A DNA stretch of 64,000 bases from Candidatus Omnitrophota bacterium (GCA_003598135.1 QZKA01000019.1:41690-105689), one strand, 5' to 3'. Counted from the stretch's first letter, positions 40,018 through 51,736 are shown. Notes: generated by a model from the sequence alone, not told the origin. Program-made: numbers and translations.

Positions 40018-41088
40018 TTAAGACCCATGCTGTTTTTCCTCGGAGGCCCTTATGAGGTGAGCGGACAATTCGTCAAGGTCCCCCCCGAGAATCGACTCCA
40101 TTTTAAACAGGGTCAGATTGATTCTATGGTCGGTGATACGTCGGTCTGGAAAATTATACGTCCTTATTTTCTCGCTCCTGTCTCCCGTGCCGATTTGTGC
40201 CTTTCTCTCCTGGACTATCTTCTTTTTTTCTTCCTGCTCTTTCATATCCAAGAGTCTTGCGCGTAAAATCCTCATGGCTTTATTTTTATTTTTGAGTTGG
40301 GAACGCTCATCCTGGCATGCAACCACCAGCCCCGAAGGAAGATGGGTAATACGCACCGCAGAATCGCTTTTTTGCATATGCTGGCCGCCTGGCCCTGAGG
40401 AACGGTACGTATCGATTCGCAGATCTTTTGCGTCGATTGCAAACTCAACTTCCTCGGGCTCGACAAGGACTGCCACGGTAGCGGTAGAGGTATGAATCCT
40501 TCCTTGCGCTTCAGTTGCAGGGACGCGCTGCACGCGATGAACCCCGCTTTCAAACTTAAGACGTTTATAGACATCTTTACCCTTGATGCCAAAGACAATC
40601 TCTTTGAAACCGCCCACATCAGTCGGATGCGATGACATCACTTCCGCGGACCAGCCTTTCCTCTCGGCATATTTACTGTACATTCGGTAGAGATCTGCGG
40701 CAAAGAGCGCCGCTTCTAAACCCCCTGTGCCCTGCCGGATTTCCATAATGATATCTTTGCCTATATCCTTATCATCCTCTGTCAAGGCTTCTTCTATCCG
40801 CGCCCTAAGGTCATCGCTTTTATCCCGAAGACTCTTCAATTCTTTTTCTGCCAGCTCCATAAAATCCTTGTCGTGTTTCTGGCGAAGCATAGTTTCTAAA
40901 TCTTCGCTTTCTTTCTGGTTTTTTTTGAAGGAGCGGAACAGATACACCGCATCTTTTAAATCCGAGAGTTCTTTTGCGTAACGGTTATACTGGTTGGTAT
41001 CCGCCATAACCTCAGGAGAAGCCAACATCGCTTCGAGTTCCTGGTAACGGCCTTCTAATTTCTGGAGACGTTCTTGTAGAGGAAACAT
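40018..41088 (-). CDS. prfA: peptide chain release factor 1
   Basis: 356 aa; the PAT tripeptide ([10 protein letters not shown]) and the GGQ motif ([16 protein letters not shown]). Confidence 0.93.
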   Translation of the reverse strand: MFPLQERLQKLEGRYQELEAMLASPEVMADTNQYNRYAKELSDLKDAVYLFRSFKKNQKESEDLETMLRQKHDKDFMELAEKELKSLRDKSDDLRARIEEALTEDDKDIGKDIIMEIRQGTGGLEAALFAADLYRMYSKYAERKGWSAEVMSSHPTDVGGFKEIVFGIKGKDVYKRLKFESGVHRVQRVPATEAQGRIHTSTATVAVLVEPEEVEFAIDAKDLRIDTYRSSGPGGQHMQKSDSAVRITHLPSGLVVACQDERSQLKNKNKAMRILRARLLDMKEQEEKKKIVQERKAQIGTGDRSEKIRTYNFPDRRITDHRINLTLFKMESILGGDLDELSAHLIRASEEKQHGS

Positions 41089-41105
41089 ATGCTATGCGCA
41101 AACGG

Positions 41106-41306
41106 TTATTTCTTCCCGTATTTCTTCATGAATTTATCAACCCTACCCGCAGAATCTACAAACTTCTGTTTCCCCGTAAAAAAGGGATGGCACCTTGAGC
41201 ATATCTCAACGCGGATGTTTGGCTTGGTTGAGCGCGTATGAATAGTCTCTCCGCAGGCGCAGACAATCGTGCTTTCTTTGTAATTAGGATGAATTTTCTC
41301 TTTCAC
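41106..41306 (-). CDS. rpmE: 50S ribosomal protein L31 (zinc-binding type)
   Basis: 66 aa; MKEKIHPNY...CACG...[12 protein letters not shown]. Confidence 0.9.
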   Translation of the reverse strand: MKEKIHPNYKESTIVCACGETIHTRSTKPNIRVEICSRCHPFFTGKQKFVDSAGRVDKFMKKYGKK

Positions 41307-41332
41307 GTAGGACCTCCTTATTGGTTAAGTAA

Positions 41333-42592
41333 TCAATGGTTCATGCTATTCAGGAACTCTGAATTATTTTTGGTCTTGGATAATTTCTCGATAAGCAGCT
41401 CCATTGCCTCCACATTGTTCAATTCGTTTAATACCTTTCTCAATATCCAGACCCGCTGGAGCTCCTCGGGTTTTAACAAAAGCTCCTCGTGTCTGGTGTT
41501 TGAGCGCTTGATGTCCATGGCAGGGTAAATTCTGCGCTGGAACAGATTTCTATCCAACTGCAGTTCCATATTGCCGGTGCCCTTGAATTCCTCGAAGATT
41601 ACTTCGTCCATCCTGCTCCCCGTATCCACAAGGGCTGTCGCGATGATAGTAAGGCTTCCTCCTTCTTCAATTGCCCTGGCTGCGCCAAAAAAACGTTTTG
41701 GTTTCTGGAGGGCGTTTGAATCAATACCGCCCGATAATACCTTTCCGCTGTGCGGAATAACCGAGTTATACGCACGTGCCAGGCGCGTGATACTGTCTAA
41801 AAGTACCACTACATCCCGCTTGTGTTCCACCAGCCGCTTTGCCTTCTCAAGTACAATCTCTGCAACCTGAATATGGCGCTCAGGGGGCTCATCAAATGTG
41901 GAAGAAATCACCTCGCCCTTCACATGCCTCTGCATATCGGTCACTTCTTCGGGACGCTCGTCAATTAAAAGCACAATCAGTATCACGTCCGGGTTATTCA
42001 CCATTATTGCGTTGGCAATTTTTTGCAAAAGCACTGTCTTGCCGCTGTAAGGCTGGGCAACTATAAGGCCGCGCTGCCCTTTACCTAAGGGCGTTAATAG
42101 GCTCATAATACGCATTGAGATCTCTTCTCTGGATGTTTCAAGATTGAACCTCTCGTGAGGATAAATCGGCGTAAGGTTATCAAAGAGCACCTTATCCTTA
42201 ACTTCCTCGGGATTCTCGAAATTCACCGCTTCTACTTTCAAAAGGGCAAAATACTTTTCTCCTTCTTTTGGCGGGCGTATCTGGCCGCTGACCGTATCGC
42301 CGGTCCTTAGATCAAACTTCCTGATCTGAGAAGGCGAAACATAGATATCATCGGGACACGGTAAATAATTATAATTCGGCGAGCGTAAAAAGCCGAATCC
42401 TTCCGGCAAAATTTCTAAAATCCCCTCGCCAAACATCAACCCCTCTTTCTCCGCCTGCGCCTGCAGAACCTTAAAGATAAGATCCTGTTTCTTAAGGCCG
42501 CTGGTACCGTTGACGTTTAATTCCTTAGCGAGTTTACTCAACTCGATAATCTTCATGTCTTTTAGATTCCCGATATCTAACTTTTCCACCAT
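41333..42592 (-). CDS. rho: transcription termination factor Rho
   Basis: 419 aa; an N-terminal RNA-binding region, Walker A in AQPYSGKT, and a RecA-like ATPase core. Confidence 0.95.
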   Translation of the reverse strand: MVEKLDIGNLKDMKIIELSKLAKELNVNGTSGLKKQDLIFKVLQAQAEKEGLMFGEGILEILPEGFGFLRSPNYNYLPCPDDIYVSPSQIRKFDLRTGDTVSGQIRPPKEGEKYFALLKVEAVNFENPEEVKDKVLFDNLTPIYPHERFNLETSREEISMRIMSLLTPLGKGQRGLIVAQPYSGKTVLLQKIANAIMVNNPDVILIVLLIDERPEEVTDMQRHVKGEVISSTFDEPPERHIQVAEIVLEKAKRLVEHKRDVVVLLDSITRLARAYNSVIPHSGKVLSGGIDSNALQKPKRFFGAARAIEEGGSLTIIATALVDTGSRMDEVIFEEFKGTGNMELQLDRNLFQRRIYPAMDIKRSNTRHEELLLKPEELQRVWILRKVLNELNNVEAMELLIEKLSKTKNNSEFLNSMNH

Positions 42593-43185
42593 AACCTCCT
42601 TATTAGTTCCGCCTGTTTTTTTGTGTTTTTAAGTGTCCCGTTGTTATCTATAATAAAGTCTGCCATCTTCCTTTTTTTGTGCAAAGGGATCTGGCTACGA
42701 ATCCTGCGTAGGATTGCTTCTTCAGCCAAAGCAGATCTCTTCTGGATACGCCGTATCTGAATATCCCTTCGCGCAGTAACCACAATAAGCTTATCTACTA
42801 TTGGCCGAAGGCCAGCCTCAAGCAATAAAGGCGCATCTAGGATGATCGTCTTACGCGGCGATTCTTTGATTTCTTTTTTGATGCGTCTTATTATCAAAGG
42901 GTGCGTTATACGATTAAGCTCATTCCGCAGTCTATGTTTTTTAAACACCAGGGAGGCCAATTTGTTACGGTCGATATCCTTATCGGGCAAAAGGATACTG
43001 TCGCCAAACACAGACACCACGCGTCTGTATGCGGCGCTCCCTGGAACAAGAAACTCTCTGCCTATTTTGTCCGCATCAATGACCGCGGCACCCCATGATT
43101 TGAAAAAACCAGCTACGGTAGTCTTGCCGCTGCCGAAGCTTCCGGTAATGCCGATTACGATTCTTGTAGGTTCCCTCTTCATCAA
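42577..43185 (-). CDS. coaE: dephospho-CoA kinase
   Basis: 202 aa; the P-loop [12 protein letters not shown]. Confidence 0.85.
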   Translation of the reverse strand: MMKREPTRIVIGITGSFGSGKTTVAGFFKSWGAAVIDADKIGREFLVPGSAAYRRVVSVFGDSILLPDKDIDRNKLASLVFKKHRLRNELNRITHPLIIRRIKKEIKESPRKTIILDAPLLLEAGLRPIVDKLIVVTARRDIQIRRIQKRSALAEEAILRRIRSQIPLHKKRKMADFIIDNNGTLKNTKKQAELIRRLWWKS

Positions 43186-43191
43186 TAATCG

Positions 43192-44586
43192 TTAATCCGA
43201 AATTGTCCCGTTCTTGTACAAATCGACATAGCGCCTTGCCGACTCCCCCCACGAGAAATCACTCTTCATTGCCCGCGCGCGCAGCCTGTTCCATTGGGCG
43301 TTATTCTGGAAAGAGACAATTGACTTTTTAATTATTTTGATAAGGGCGTCCTTGCTGTATTTCTCAAATACGAAACCATTTTCTTTTGTTACGGTATCTG
43401 CCAGCCCGCCCGTTTTAAATGCCAGCGGTATAGTGCCATACCTGAGGCTGATCAGCTGCCCGAGCCCACACGGTTCGTACTTAGAAGGCATAAGGAATAT
43501 ATCTGAGCCGGCGTATATCTTATGCGCTAAGCAATCATCAAATTTAAGGTATAGCGATATTTTTTTGGGATATTTTTTTACAACTGCCTCAAGTATCTCA
43601 TGGTATTTTAAGTCTCCTGTGCCAAGGATGACGCACTGAAGTTCTAATTGCATGAGTGCCTCCATTGCGTCGGCGAGTATATCAAACCCCTTTTGCTGTG
43701 CCAGTCTTGAAACGATGCCGAAAAGCGGCACGTCTTTTTTGACGGGCAGCCCACAGAGCCTCTGCAGCGCTGCTTTGTTTTTTCCTTTATCCTCTATTGA
43801 GCCCAAGGAATAATCCTTTTCAAGAAACGTATCCGTTTCGGGATTCCATATCGAATAGTCAAGGCCGTTGAGTATACCAAATAGCGATTGCCTTCGCTTG
43901 CTCAATATGCCTTCCAATCCGAACCCGAATTCCTTGGTTTGTATTTCACGGCTATAAGTCGGGCTTACGGTAGTAATAATATCGGAAAACACCAGGCCAC
44001 CCTTCAATATGTTTATCTTGTCATAAAATTCAAGCGTATCCATAGTAAAGTATTTCCAGTCCAGCCCCAGCTTGGGGTATTCTTCTTTAGGGAATAAGCC
44101 CTGGTAACCTATATTATGGATAGTAAAAACTGTCTTCGTATTCTTAAAAAACTCATCCTTCAAATAAACGGTCTTTAAGAACACCGGGATCAGCGCCGAT
44201 TGCCAGTCGTGGCAATGGACGATATCAGGCTTGAACCCTATTTCCTTGGCTAACTCAAGCGTTTTCCTGCAATAGTAAGAGAACCTATCTAAGTTATCTG
44301 GATAGTCGCCCTTTTTGTCTCCGTAAAGAGTATCCCGGTTGTAATACGCGTCGTTTTCAATAAAATACACCTTAACGGCCTTGCCTATGGTGCAACGCAA
44401 GATGCCCTCTTTGTACTTCTGAATCTTCGGCTGCGTAAGGCTCTTCAATGATTTGTAGGCCGGCATTACCAATACCACTTCCTGGGCCTCTTTTTCCAAT
44501 GCCAGCGGTAATGCCCCCGCAACATCCGCAAGCCCCCCGGTTTTTGCAAACGGAACTACTTCACTTGCGCAAAACAAAATCTTCAT
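43192..44586 (-). CDS. glgA: glycogen/starch synthase (ADP-glucose type, GT5)
   Basis: 464 aa; an N-terminal SEVVPFAKTGGLADV and a GT-B fold. Confidence 0.85.
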   Translation of the reverse strand: MKILFCASEVVPFAKTGGLADVAGALPLALEKEAQEVVLVMPAYKSLKSLTQPKIQKYKEGILRCTIGKAVKVYFIENDAYYNRDTLYGDKKGDYPDNLDRFSYYCRKTLELAKEIGFKPDIVHCHDWQSALIPVFLKTVYLKDEFFKNTKTVFTIHNIGYQGLFPKEEYPKLGLDWKYFTMDTLEFYDKINILKGGLVFSDIITTVSPTYSREIQTKEFGFGLEGILSKRRQSLFGILNGLDYSIWNPETDTFLEKDYSLGSIEDKGKNKAALQRLCGLPVKKDVPLFGIVSRLAQQKGFDILADAMEALMQLELQCVILGTGDLKYHEILEAVVKKYPKKISLYLKFDDCLAHKIYAGSDIFLMPSKYEPCGLGQLISLRYGTIPLAFKTGGLADTVTKENGFVFEKYSKDALIKIIKKSIVSFQNNAQWNRLRARAMKSDFSWGESARRYVDLYKNGTISD

Positions 44587-47128
44587 CCCCTACCTCCTTC
44601 ATTTCCAGCCAGTTTTTACCAACCTTCAGATCAACCTTGACCGGCACTTTCAGATTCAAGACATTCTCCATTCTTTCCTTAATAAAAAGCAGCGCTTCAG
44701 CCAATTCTTCTTGAGGTATCTCAAATAACAATTCATCGTGAATCTGCAAGATCATCTTGGTGCGAAGGTTTTTCTCAATAATCTGCCGGTGGATATGCAC
44801 CATTGCCAGTTTAATCATATCGCTTGCCGAACCCTGGATGGGTGCATTAATTGCCTGCCTTTGCGCAAACTGGCGTATCCCTATTTGTTTATTGCGGATC
44901 TGCGGCAGATACCTGCGCCTTCCCAAGAGAGTGCTGACATAGCCATCCTGCTGTGCCTTCTCTATCTGTTGTTTCATGTATTCTTCGACACGCGGATACC
45001 TTAAAAAATAGGATTCGATAAAACGCTGTGCCTCATCGTTGGATATGGCGAGGTCTCGCGACAGGCCGTAGGAGGTAAGACCGTAAATAATACCAAAATT
45101 TACCCTCTTGGCAGTATCGCGCATCTTCTCGCTTACTTCAGGCGCCTTGACTCCGTATAGTAATGCAGCGGTTGTTTTATGGATATCTTCATCGTTCTCA
45201 AACGCCGCAATTAAATCGGGGTCTTGAGAAAGATGGGCCAGTATCCTTAATTCTATCTGCGAATAGTCGCAGGAAAGAAGTACATTATTGCCCGAAGATA
45301 CCACAAGCGCCCTGCGTATCTGTCTACCCAAGTCTGTTTTAACCGGGATATTCTGCAGGTTAGGATTGCTTGAACTAAGCCTGCCTGTTTCGGTTCCCGT
45401 CTGGTTAAAGCTCGTGTGGATTTTTTTTGTGTTGGGATCTACCAAGGCCGGCAACGTATCTAAGTACGATGATTTCAGCTTCATCAACTGCCGGTACTCT
45501 AACAATAATCCGGGAAGTTCGTGCCTAGAGGAAAGCCTCGTCAAGACTTCTTCGTCAGTTGAGGGGCCGGTCTTGCTTCTCTTGACTACAGGAAGTTGCA
45601 GTCTTTGAAAAAGCACCTCTCTCAATTGCTTCGGCGAATTGAGATTAAATTCTACCCCACTAAGCTCATAAATTTTTTTGACCAGCAACGCCAGCTTAGC
45701 CTCAAGCTTGGAAGAAATCTGGCGCAGGACTTCCAGGTCAAGGGTAATGCCCGTCAGCTCCATATCGGCCAAGACTGCGATAAGGGGCATTTCAATTTCA
45801 TAAAAAAGGGCGTCCAGCGACTGTCCACTAAGCTTCTTTTCAAGGACAGGCCGGAGCTCTGTAACCAGGCTGACTGATTCGGCAGCATTGAGCGTCCCCG
45901 CAGGAACATACTTGTCAAGGAAGGTATACGCCAAATCGTTCAGTGTGTACGACAACCTTGACGGGTCTATCAAATAAGCGGCAATCATTACATCAAAGCC
46001 GAGGCCTGCAATGTCGAGGCCTTTCTTTGAAAAAAAGACTTTCAGCCTTTTTAGGTCATGGCCAACCTTTTTAATCTTTTCATCCGATAAAAGTTTTTCA
46101 AAACGGCCGGTTAAATTCTCTACTGCAAACACATCCCCTGATGCGCCTAACGCAACTGCCCCTGTTGCGTCAAGGCAGAGAATAATTTCTTTTGACTCTC
46201 TTGCGATAGCATCCAACTGTGCTTCTTTTACAAAAGCCCTCGCCTCTCCCAGCGGCTTTTTTTCTCCCAGGGACATCTCAGCCAGCAGTGCCTTGAATTC
46301 AAGAAGATTAAAAAGTTCAAATAATTTGTGCGTATCCGGCTGCCGGACAGCCAGCGTGTTAATATCGAATTCCATATCGATATCCCTCTTTAACAGAGCC
46401 AACTCATAATTGAGCTCTATCTGCTTACGGTGGGATTCAATTGATTGCCTCAGCTTACCTTCTGCCAATGTATCAAGCGTGCGTAATAACTCTCCCGCGG
46501 ACCCAAACCGGGCAATCAATTCTACGGCTGTTTTTTCTCCGATGCCCGGGACTCCGGGTATATTATCAGCAGCATCTCCCATGAGCGCTATCACATCCGG
46601 GATTGCAGCAGGGGCCACCTTAAAATGCTCTTTTACCGTTTTCTCGTCGTAGAGTATACCGTTCTCTTTATAGGGGTTAAATACCATTGTCGTTGCGTTC
46701 ACAAGCTGCAGCATGTCTTTATCAGAGCTTACGACAGTAACGGCGATCTTGGCTTCTTGGGCCTTGCGCGCAAGGCTTGCGATTATATCATCCGCCTCAT
46801 AATTCTCCAACTCAAATAAGGCGATACGGTAAGCCTTGATGATATCCCGGATTAACGACATCTGGCCCGATAACGCCTCGGGCATAGGAGGCCGCTGTAT
46901 TTTATACTCGGCAAACTTCTTCTGCCTGAACGTATCGCGCGAAACATCAAAACACATCGCCATAAAATCTGGTTTTTGCTCCTTAACTATCTTCTGCAGC
47001 ATCTTAATAAATCCGTATACAGCATTGGTAGGCTGGCCATACGAAGTAGACAGGTTCCTGATGGCATAGAAAGCACGGTAACAGAACGCCGTGGCATCAA
47101 TAAGGTATAAGCGATGACTACTCATCAA
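44561..47128 (-). CDS. polA: DNA polymerase I
   Basis: 855 aa; an N-terminal 5'-3' exonuclease (LYLIDATAFCYRAFYA), and polymerase motifs A (DYSQIELRILAHLS), B (RRALVV...KRVNFGIIYG) and C (QIHDELLFE). Confidence 0.95.
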   Translation of the reverse strand: MMSSHRLYLIDATAFCYRAFYAIRNLSTSYGQPTNAVYGFIKMLQKIVKEQKPDFMAMCFDVSRDTFRQKKFAEYKIQRPPMPEALSGQMSLIRDIIKAYRIALFELENYEADDIIASLARKAQEAKIAVTVVSSDKDMLQLVNATTMVFNPYKENGILYDEKTVKEHFKVAPAAIPDVIALMGDAADNIPGVPGIGEKTAVELIARFGSAGELLRTLDTLAEGKLRQSIESHRKQIELNYELALLKRDIDMEFDINTLAVRQPDTHKLFELFNLLEFKALLAEMSLGEKKPLGEARAFVKEAQLDAIARESKEIILCLDATGAVALGASGDVFAVENLTGRFEKLLSDEKIKKVGHDLKRLKVFFSKKGLDIAGLGFDVMIAAYLIDPSRLSYTLNDLAYTFLDKYVPAGTLNAAESVSLVTELRPVLEKKLSGQSLDALFYEIEMPLIAVLADMELTGITLDLEVLRQISSKLEAKLALLVKKIYELSGVEFNLNSPKQLREVLFQRLQLPVVKRSKTGPSTDEEVLTRLSSRHELPGLLLEYRQLMKLKSSYLDTLPALVDPNTKKIHTSFNQTGTETGRLSSSNPNLQNIPVKTDLGRQIRRALVVSSGNNVLLSCDYSQIELRILAHLSQDPDLIAAFENDEDIHKTTAALLYGVKAPEVSEKMRDTAKRVNFGIIYGLTSYGLSRDLAISNDEAQRFIESYFLRYPRVEEYMKQQIEKAQQDGYVSTLLGRRRYLPQIRNKQIGIRQFAQRQAINAPIQGSASDMIKLAMVHIHRQIIEKNLRTKMILQIHDELLFEIPQEELAEALLFIKERMENVLNLKVPVKVDLKVGKNWLEMKEVGDEDFVLRK

Positions 47129-47173
47129 CTAACAATGGAATTCACGTTATGGTAGGAATTGCAATCTGTGGTT

Positions 47174-47968
47174 TTATCTTGAAAACAATCGTATTTGAGT
47201 TTTGTCTATAAATTCGTCGATATCCTGGTCAGAGGGATCAAGCTGCTGGGCATTCACTGCCTCTTTGAGAGCCGTGACGTAATCTCCTTTGATATAATAT
47301 ATCTTTGCTTTATCCATATACGCCTGCGCTAAGGCGCTGTTTTGCGTACGGGCCTTCTGTTTTTGCCTGGCTACCTCTCTCATGAAATCGATGAGCTGGT
47401 ATTCGTTGTAACCGCCCTGCGTCAATCCTATTTGTTCAAGACGTTCTTTAGCCTTAATGGTCCAGGCATCACGCTCAAGTCCTAACTCTTTGCCGACGGT
47501 ATACCTCTTATGCCAATAGTACGCAGCCTTTTCAAAATCTCCTTTATTTTCGGCAAGGGAAGCAAGATTAGAATAGGCGCTTAGATAATAAGGGTCTATA
47601 TGGATAGTCTTCAGGTACAATTCCTCGGCTTTTTCAGGTTGGCCTTTTGTTTCAAAGGAAACGCCTAAATCATTGTATACCACCGCATATGCCGGGTCTA
47701 ATTGGACTGCTTTCTGGTAAAAAGCCAAAGCCCTTTCAAGGTCGCCCGAGGACTGATACTGAAAACCTTGATTCCGATAGAGGCGGGCCTGTTTCTGAAG
47801 CTCGGTCAAATCTACGCTTTCTTCGCCGAATACGCCGGCGTTGCTCTCCCGCACTTGAGCCGTCATCGTGTTTAACTCTGCAGCAGAAAAGCCCGACCGG
47901 CTCACACATATACCTACTATCGCAAAGGAAATAATGATAAGGGTTTTTTTATTAACTAGGGAAGGCAT
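47174..47968 (-). CDS. secreted TPR-repeat protein
   Basis: 264 aa; an N-terminal signal or TM segment and repeated TPR-like A..Y..A units (ALAFYQKAVQLDPAYAVVYNDLG...). Confidence 0.6.
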   Translation of the reverse strand: MPSLVNKKTLIIISFAIVGICVSRSGFSAAELNTMTAQVRESNAGVFGEESVDLTELQKQARLYRNQGFQYQSSGDLERALAFYQKAVQLDPAYAVVYNDLGVSFETKGQPEKAEELYLKTIHIDPYYLSAYSNLASLAENKGDFEKAAYYWHKRYTVGKELGLERDAWTIKAKERLEQIGLTQGGYNEYQLIDFMREVARQKQKARTQNSALAQAYMDKAKIYYIKGDYVTALKEAVNAQQLDPSDQDIDEFIDKTQIRLFSR

Positions 47969-48172
47969 ATATTTTAATAATATGAAAAAAACATATAAAA
48001 GTCAAGGAAAAATTCAATATTCACCTCTGCGACAAGGAGTTGTAAAAAAGCAGGCAAAGATTAGCTAACAGTTATAGTGTGAGGATACCAACTACTTTAC
48101 CTAATAGACCAAACCAATAACCTACCCTGGCTATAACCGCACTCATTATGTATCACCAGTGCAAGCCGCTGT

Positions 48173-49090
48173 TTAAGAGCTGATCGCCAGGTGAATCGAA
48201 TCCGCAAGCGCGTAACCTTCCCGGACAACTTCATCCCATATTTTCATGCGTACTTGTGCCTGTTGCCCGGTACATACTGAACCGCTCGCATACACAGAAT
48301 CCAGATTTGTCCGCAAGGCTTCGTCCACACAAAGCAGGCCTTCGTACATTTCTATGTTGCTGTTTTTAAGGAAGGAGATATTTCCTTGAGTGCGGTCCGC
48401 AAAAATCACAACACACGCACCGATGATCTTGCCCGTCTTTATGCGTATTGCCTGCACTTCGCCGTCCCCGATGATTTCTGTTATCTGGCTGTCGACAACC
48501 TCTATTGTCCCTGCTGGCTGTTCGCTGAAAGCCTCAGTAAAATATGCGCTTTTTAGCGCAGGATCAATGCCTAAAGGAGCGATTAATTTCACCTCTTTTT
48601 GTTTCGATGCGATACTATCGGCAAAAGCAATGGCCAGCGGATTGGAACCTACTATGCAGATAGGGGCATTAATAAGATAATTTAAAAATTCCTTGGCGTC
48701 ATTGAGCGAATGCAGACGGAAAACCCCCCGCTTTTTGACCCCCGGGATATCCGCAAGCACAAAGCTTCTGCCGGAACATACGGCAAGCAAATCATAATCA
48801 AAGGATGCATCCTCTTCGATAAAAATACGCTTTTTCCCCGGATTAACCGCTGTCACCTCTTTTTCTTTCAAAAAAACTATTCCCTGCTGGCTGTAAAATT
48901 CCTCGCTTGTTCCCAAAAGCTGGCTTTCCTTGATGCGCCCAGCAAGAAAATCAACAAGCCTCCTCTTTTCATAAAAAGGATGGCTCTCTTGTGTAATCAA
49001 TGTGATCTCGCAGTTTTTGTTTTTCTCTCTCAGGGCCACTGCAGTAGTATGCCCTGCCACAGAAGCGCCAATGATAACTACCTTTGTCAT
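48173..49090 (-). CDS. FAD/NAD(P)-binding pyridine-nucleotide-disulfide-family oxidoreductase, short two-domain form
   Basis: 305 aa; an FAD GxGxxG (VVIIGASVAGHTTA) and a second dinucleotide fold (ICIVGSNPLAIAFA). It lacks the C-terminal dimerisation domain. Its start overlaps the metF stop by 4 nt. Confidence 0.6.
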   Translation of the reverse strand: MTKVVIIGASVAGHTTAVALREKNKNCEITLITQESHPFYEKRRLVDFLAGRIKESQLLGTSEEFYSQQGIVFLKEKEVTAVNPGKKRIFIEEDASFDYDLLAVCSGRSFVLADIPGVKKRGVFRLHSLNDAKEFLNYLINAPICIVGSNPLAIAFADSIASKQKEVKLIAPLGIDPALKSAYFTEAFSEQPAGTIEVVDSQITEIIGDGEVQAIRIKTGKIIGACVVIFADRTQGNISFLKNSNIEMYEGLLCVDEALRTNLDSVYASGSVCTGQQAQVRMKIWDEVVREGYALADSIHLAISS

Positions 49091-49965
49091 TTTCTATTGA
49101 TTTGCGCAGAGGCGAGAATATCGGGAATAAACCTTTCCCATCCTAACGCCATGAGGTGTATGCCTTGACACATCCCTTTGAGCCCTTTAATCAAGCTTGA
49201 GGTTATTTCAATCGATTTCTCCGCTTTGTTCTGGGCCTCTTGCATCTGACGTATCAATACATCGGGAACCGAGACACCGGCAAGGTTCTTATTGATGTAA
49301 CGGGCCATAGTATCGGATTTTAAAGGGATGATACCCGCAAGAACCGGGACTTTTAAATGACTGGTTTTGTGTATAAAGTGCTCAAATATCTTGATATCAT
49401 AGATGCCCTGGGTTTGGAAAAACTCTGCCCCAGCTTCAATCTTTTTTTCCATCTTAAGAATCTGCGGCTCAAGCGGCCTTGCGCCGGGATTCACCACTGC
49501 GCCTTTGTAGAAATGCGGCGGCTCTCCTTCTAATTTATTCCCCCGCATATCAAAACCCTCTTCCAATTTCTTAACCACCTCAAGCAATTGAACGGAATCA
49601 AGGTCAAATACAGGCTTGGCATCTGGGTGATCGCCAAGCACGGGATGGTCGCCGGTAAGTATCAGAATATTTGGGATATTATGCGCTGCCGCAGAAAGGA
49701 TATCCGACTGCAGGGCAAGCCGGTTTCTATCCCGACAGGCAACTTGCATAATCGGCTCAATCCCCCTCTGCCGCAGAAAGATACACATTGCAAGTGAGCC
49801 TAAACGCATCACTGCGCTCTGAAGGTCAGTAACGTTGACCGCATCAATATAGGGCATGAGCTCTTCGGCGGTCTTAAGAACCTGTGCCACCTCTTTGCCT
49901 TTAGGAGGACCTATCTCTGCGGTAATAACGAATTCGCCCTGGACAATTCTTTCTTTTAAGCTCAT
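49087..49965 (-). CDS. metF: 5,10-methylenetetrahydrofolate reductase
   Basis: 292 aa; the MTHFR family (VITAEIGPPKG, ILTGDHP, a TIM-barrel FAD enzyme). Confidence 0.85.
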   Translation of the reverse strand: MSLKERIVQGEFVITAEIGPPKGKEVAQVLKTAEELMPYIDAVNVTDLQSAVMRLGSLAMCIFLRQRGIEPIMQVACRDRNRLALQSDILSAAAHNIPNILILTGDHPVLGDHPDAKPVFDLDSVQLLEVVKKLEEGFDMRGNKLEGEPPHFYKGAVVNPGARPLEPQILKMEKKIEAGAEFFQTQGIYDIKIFEHFIHKTSHLKVPVLAGIIPLKSDTMARYINKNLAGVSVPDVLIRQMQEAQNKAEKSIEITSSLIKGLKGMCQGIHLMALGWERFIPDILASAQINRK

Positions 49966-50066
49966 CTTACAGTATCCCCTTACGGATATAGCATGTTCTT
50001 TAACGGTTTTATTTTTTTATTGTATCACAGTTTTATTGGCCGGAATATAACTTTTTGCGTTGGTCT

Positions 50067-51620
50067 TCACCGAGGAGCCTTTCTGATATCAAACACTATA
50101 AACAAAGCCACTAACGCTATAATCCAACCGATAACAACAAGTGTAATGGACGGCTTTGCTATGTGGCGCTTTCCGTGCGGATCGGGGTTTTCGTAAATAT
50201 ACACAAGCTCGGTTTCCCCCACTTTTCGCAAGTCGTACTTATTGATTAAAGAATACGGCTGGCCTGGCGCATCTGAAGCGTCTTTAAGCCATACGATTAT
50301 CTTTGCCGCTTTTACCGCGTCTAGCCTGATTACCGGCTTGACCTCTCTGAGCATGATATTAGAAGTTACCCTTTGCGTCAATATCGCCAGGGCGCCGGAA
50401 AAGTAATCGAAATTACTGTATACTATATCGTCTTCGCGAGAATGCCCTTTTACCAGGCTCGCTATTTCGCGATAAAACCTCGGATGCCAGATCGACAACT
50501 CAAGAGGGCCATGATGGCTTTTCCACTGCGGCATAAGGTTTATCAACGTAGATTGCGATAGTAAAAATACCGGCTTGCCTTTCGAAAACCTTACCGTAGG
50601 CGAAAATATCAGAATCGCAATCGCCGTTGCAATTGCAAAAGAATGGGCATGCCGTTTTAAGGAAAGTGCGTAAAGATACTCAAAGGCTACGCCTGCAAGC
50701 AGTGCACAGGCAACCATGCCTTCACCGCTTACGTAGCGATAGGTCAGCTGAGAAAGAAAAACAAAAAAACTAATAGCCAGCGCAATAAAGAAATAATACC
50801 TTCCCTTTAGCTTCGCGCAACGAACAATGCCCCCAATTGCAAGGGCGATAATCAGAATATGTATACCTACCTCTTTGTTCTCTTTAAGATAAACGAATGA
50901 AAAAAAAGCACGCTGCGTGTATTCGTGGATAAGTATTGGCAAGGCGCACAGGAGCGCTGCGATTGACACGAGGAAATAGGTCCTGCGCCTCTCTCTTACT
51001 AAAACTGCGTACAGTATAAACGTAAAGAGAAAAATCCAAGACAGCAACGCATGGGAATAAAAGGCACATGCAAGTAAGAGCAGAGAGGCAATCCTTTTGC
51101 CCTTCTCCGCGCAAAGAAAACTAAACATACCAAAAAGCATCGCCAGGGTAGAAGCAGTTGTGTTGATGAAAGAAAGGTAGAGCGAAAAAGGCACGGACAA
51201 AAACAAAAGGACAAAAAATGCCAATCTTGCATTAAATAACTTTTTTATACAATACCAGAATACGAAAAGGGCCAAAGGATAAAAAAGGAAATGTAGTAAT
51301 CGGGCAATAACGATATCGGAAAGACCTAGTTTATACCCGGTAAGCATTATGATATGTAAAAGTGGCGGATAAAGATGGGGTATGCCTGATGGCGCTGCCT
51401 GCCAGAAGCTATGCGTCACATAGCCTCCGGCCATATCAAAGCCGTGCATCACGGAAAGATGGTAATACACATCCAAAAAGAGCGGGAACATCCTCCATCG
51501 CAGGTACTGTAATACTATATATAAAGCCAGCAACCCAAGCGCATATAAATCCCAAGAAGGGACAAACTTGGGATTTTCCGGGCGGGGGGTTTCTTTCTTG
51601 TCGCTACCTTGTGTGTGCAT
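50067..51620 (-). CDS. polytopic membrane protein, likely a GT-C-fold glycosyltransferase (ArnT/PMT-like)
   Basis: 517 aa; about 12 predicted TM helices in the N-terminal two-thirds and a soluble C-terminal domain. The assignment rests on topology only. Confidence 0.45.
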   Translation of the reverse strand: MHTQGSDKKETPRPENPKFVPSWDLYALGLLALYIVLQYLRWRMFPLFLDVYYHLSVMHGFDMAGGYVTHSFWQAAPSGIPHLYPPLLHIIMLTGYKLGLSDIVIARLLHFLFYPLALFVFWYCIKKLFNARLAFFVLLFLSVPFSLYLSFINTTASTLAMLFGMFSFLCAEKGKRIASLLLLACAFYSHALLSWIFLFTFILYAVLVRERRRTYFLVSIAALLCALPILIHEYTQRAFFSFVYLKENKEVGIHILIIALAIGGIVRCAKLKGRYYFFIALAISFFVFLSQLTYRYVSGEGMVACALLAGVAFEYLYALSLKRHAHSFAIATAIAILIFSPTVRFSKGKPVFLLSQSTLINLMPQWKSHHGPLELSIWHPRFYREIASLVKGHSREDDIVYSNFDYFSGALAILTQRVTSNIMLREVKPVIRLDAVKAAKIIVWLKDASDAPGQPYSLINKYDLRKVGETELVYIYENPDPHGKRHIAKPSITLVVIGWIIALVALFIVFDIRKAPR

Positions 51621-51736
51621 AAAAAAATAGAAAAAACAGAAAGATTGTCGTGTGAGATAAAACCGGGAACCTGGGCACTAGACGGATTCCTTGCCCCCTA
51701 CGTTGCCAATGGCTGCACGCTTTTAAGAGTGGTATT

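Noticed and set aside
47969-48172. AT-rich 200-nt gap with a 28-codon lysine-rich mini-ORF (MKKTYKSQGKIQYSPLRQGVVKKQAKIS)
   Set aside because: It has no RBS, and the composition-driven ORF sits in AT-rich DNA. More likely it is the promoter or terminator region between the TPR gene and the metF operon. I cannot support it as a gene or sRNA from sequence alone.
51621-51736. Possible riboswitch or ncRNA in the 116-nt gap between folD and the membrane-protein gene
   Set aside because: I could not recognise any conserved riboswitch core (THF, SAM, glycine, etc.) by eye. Left unannotated.
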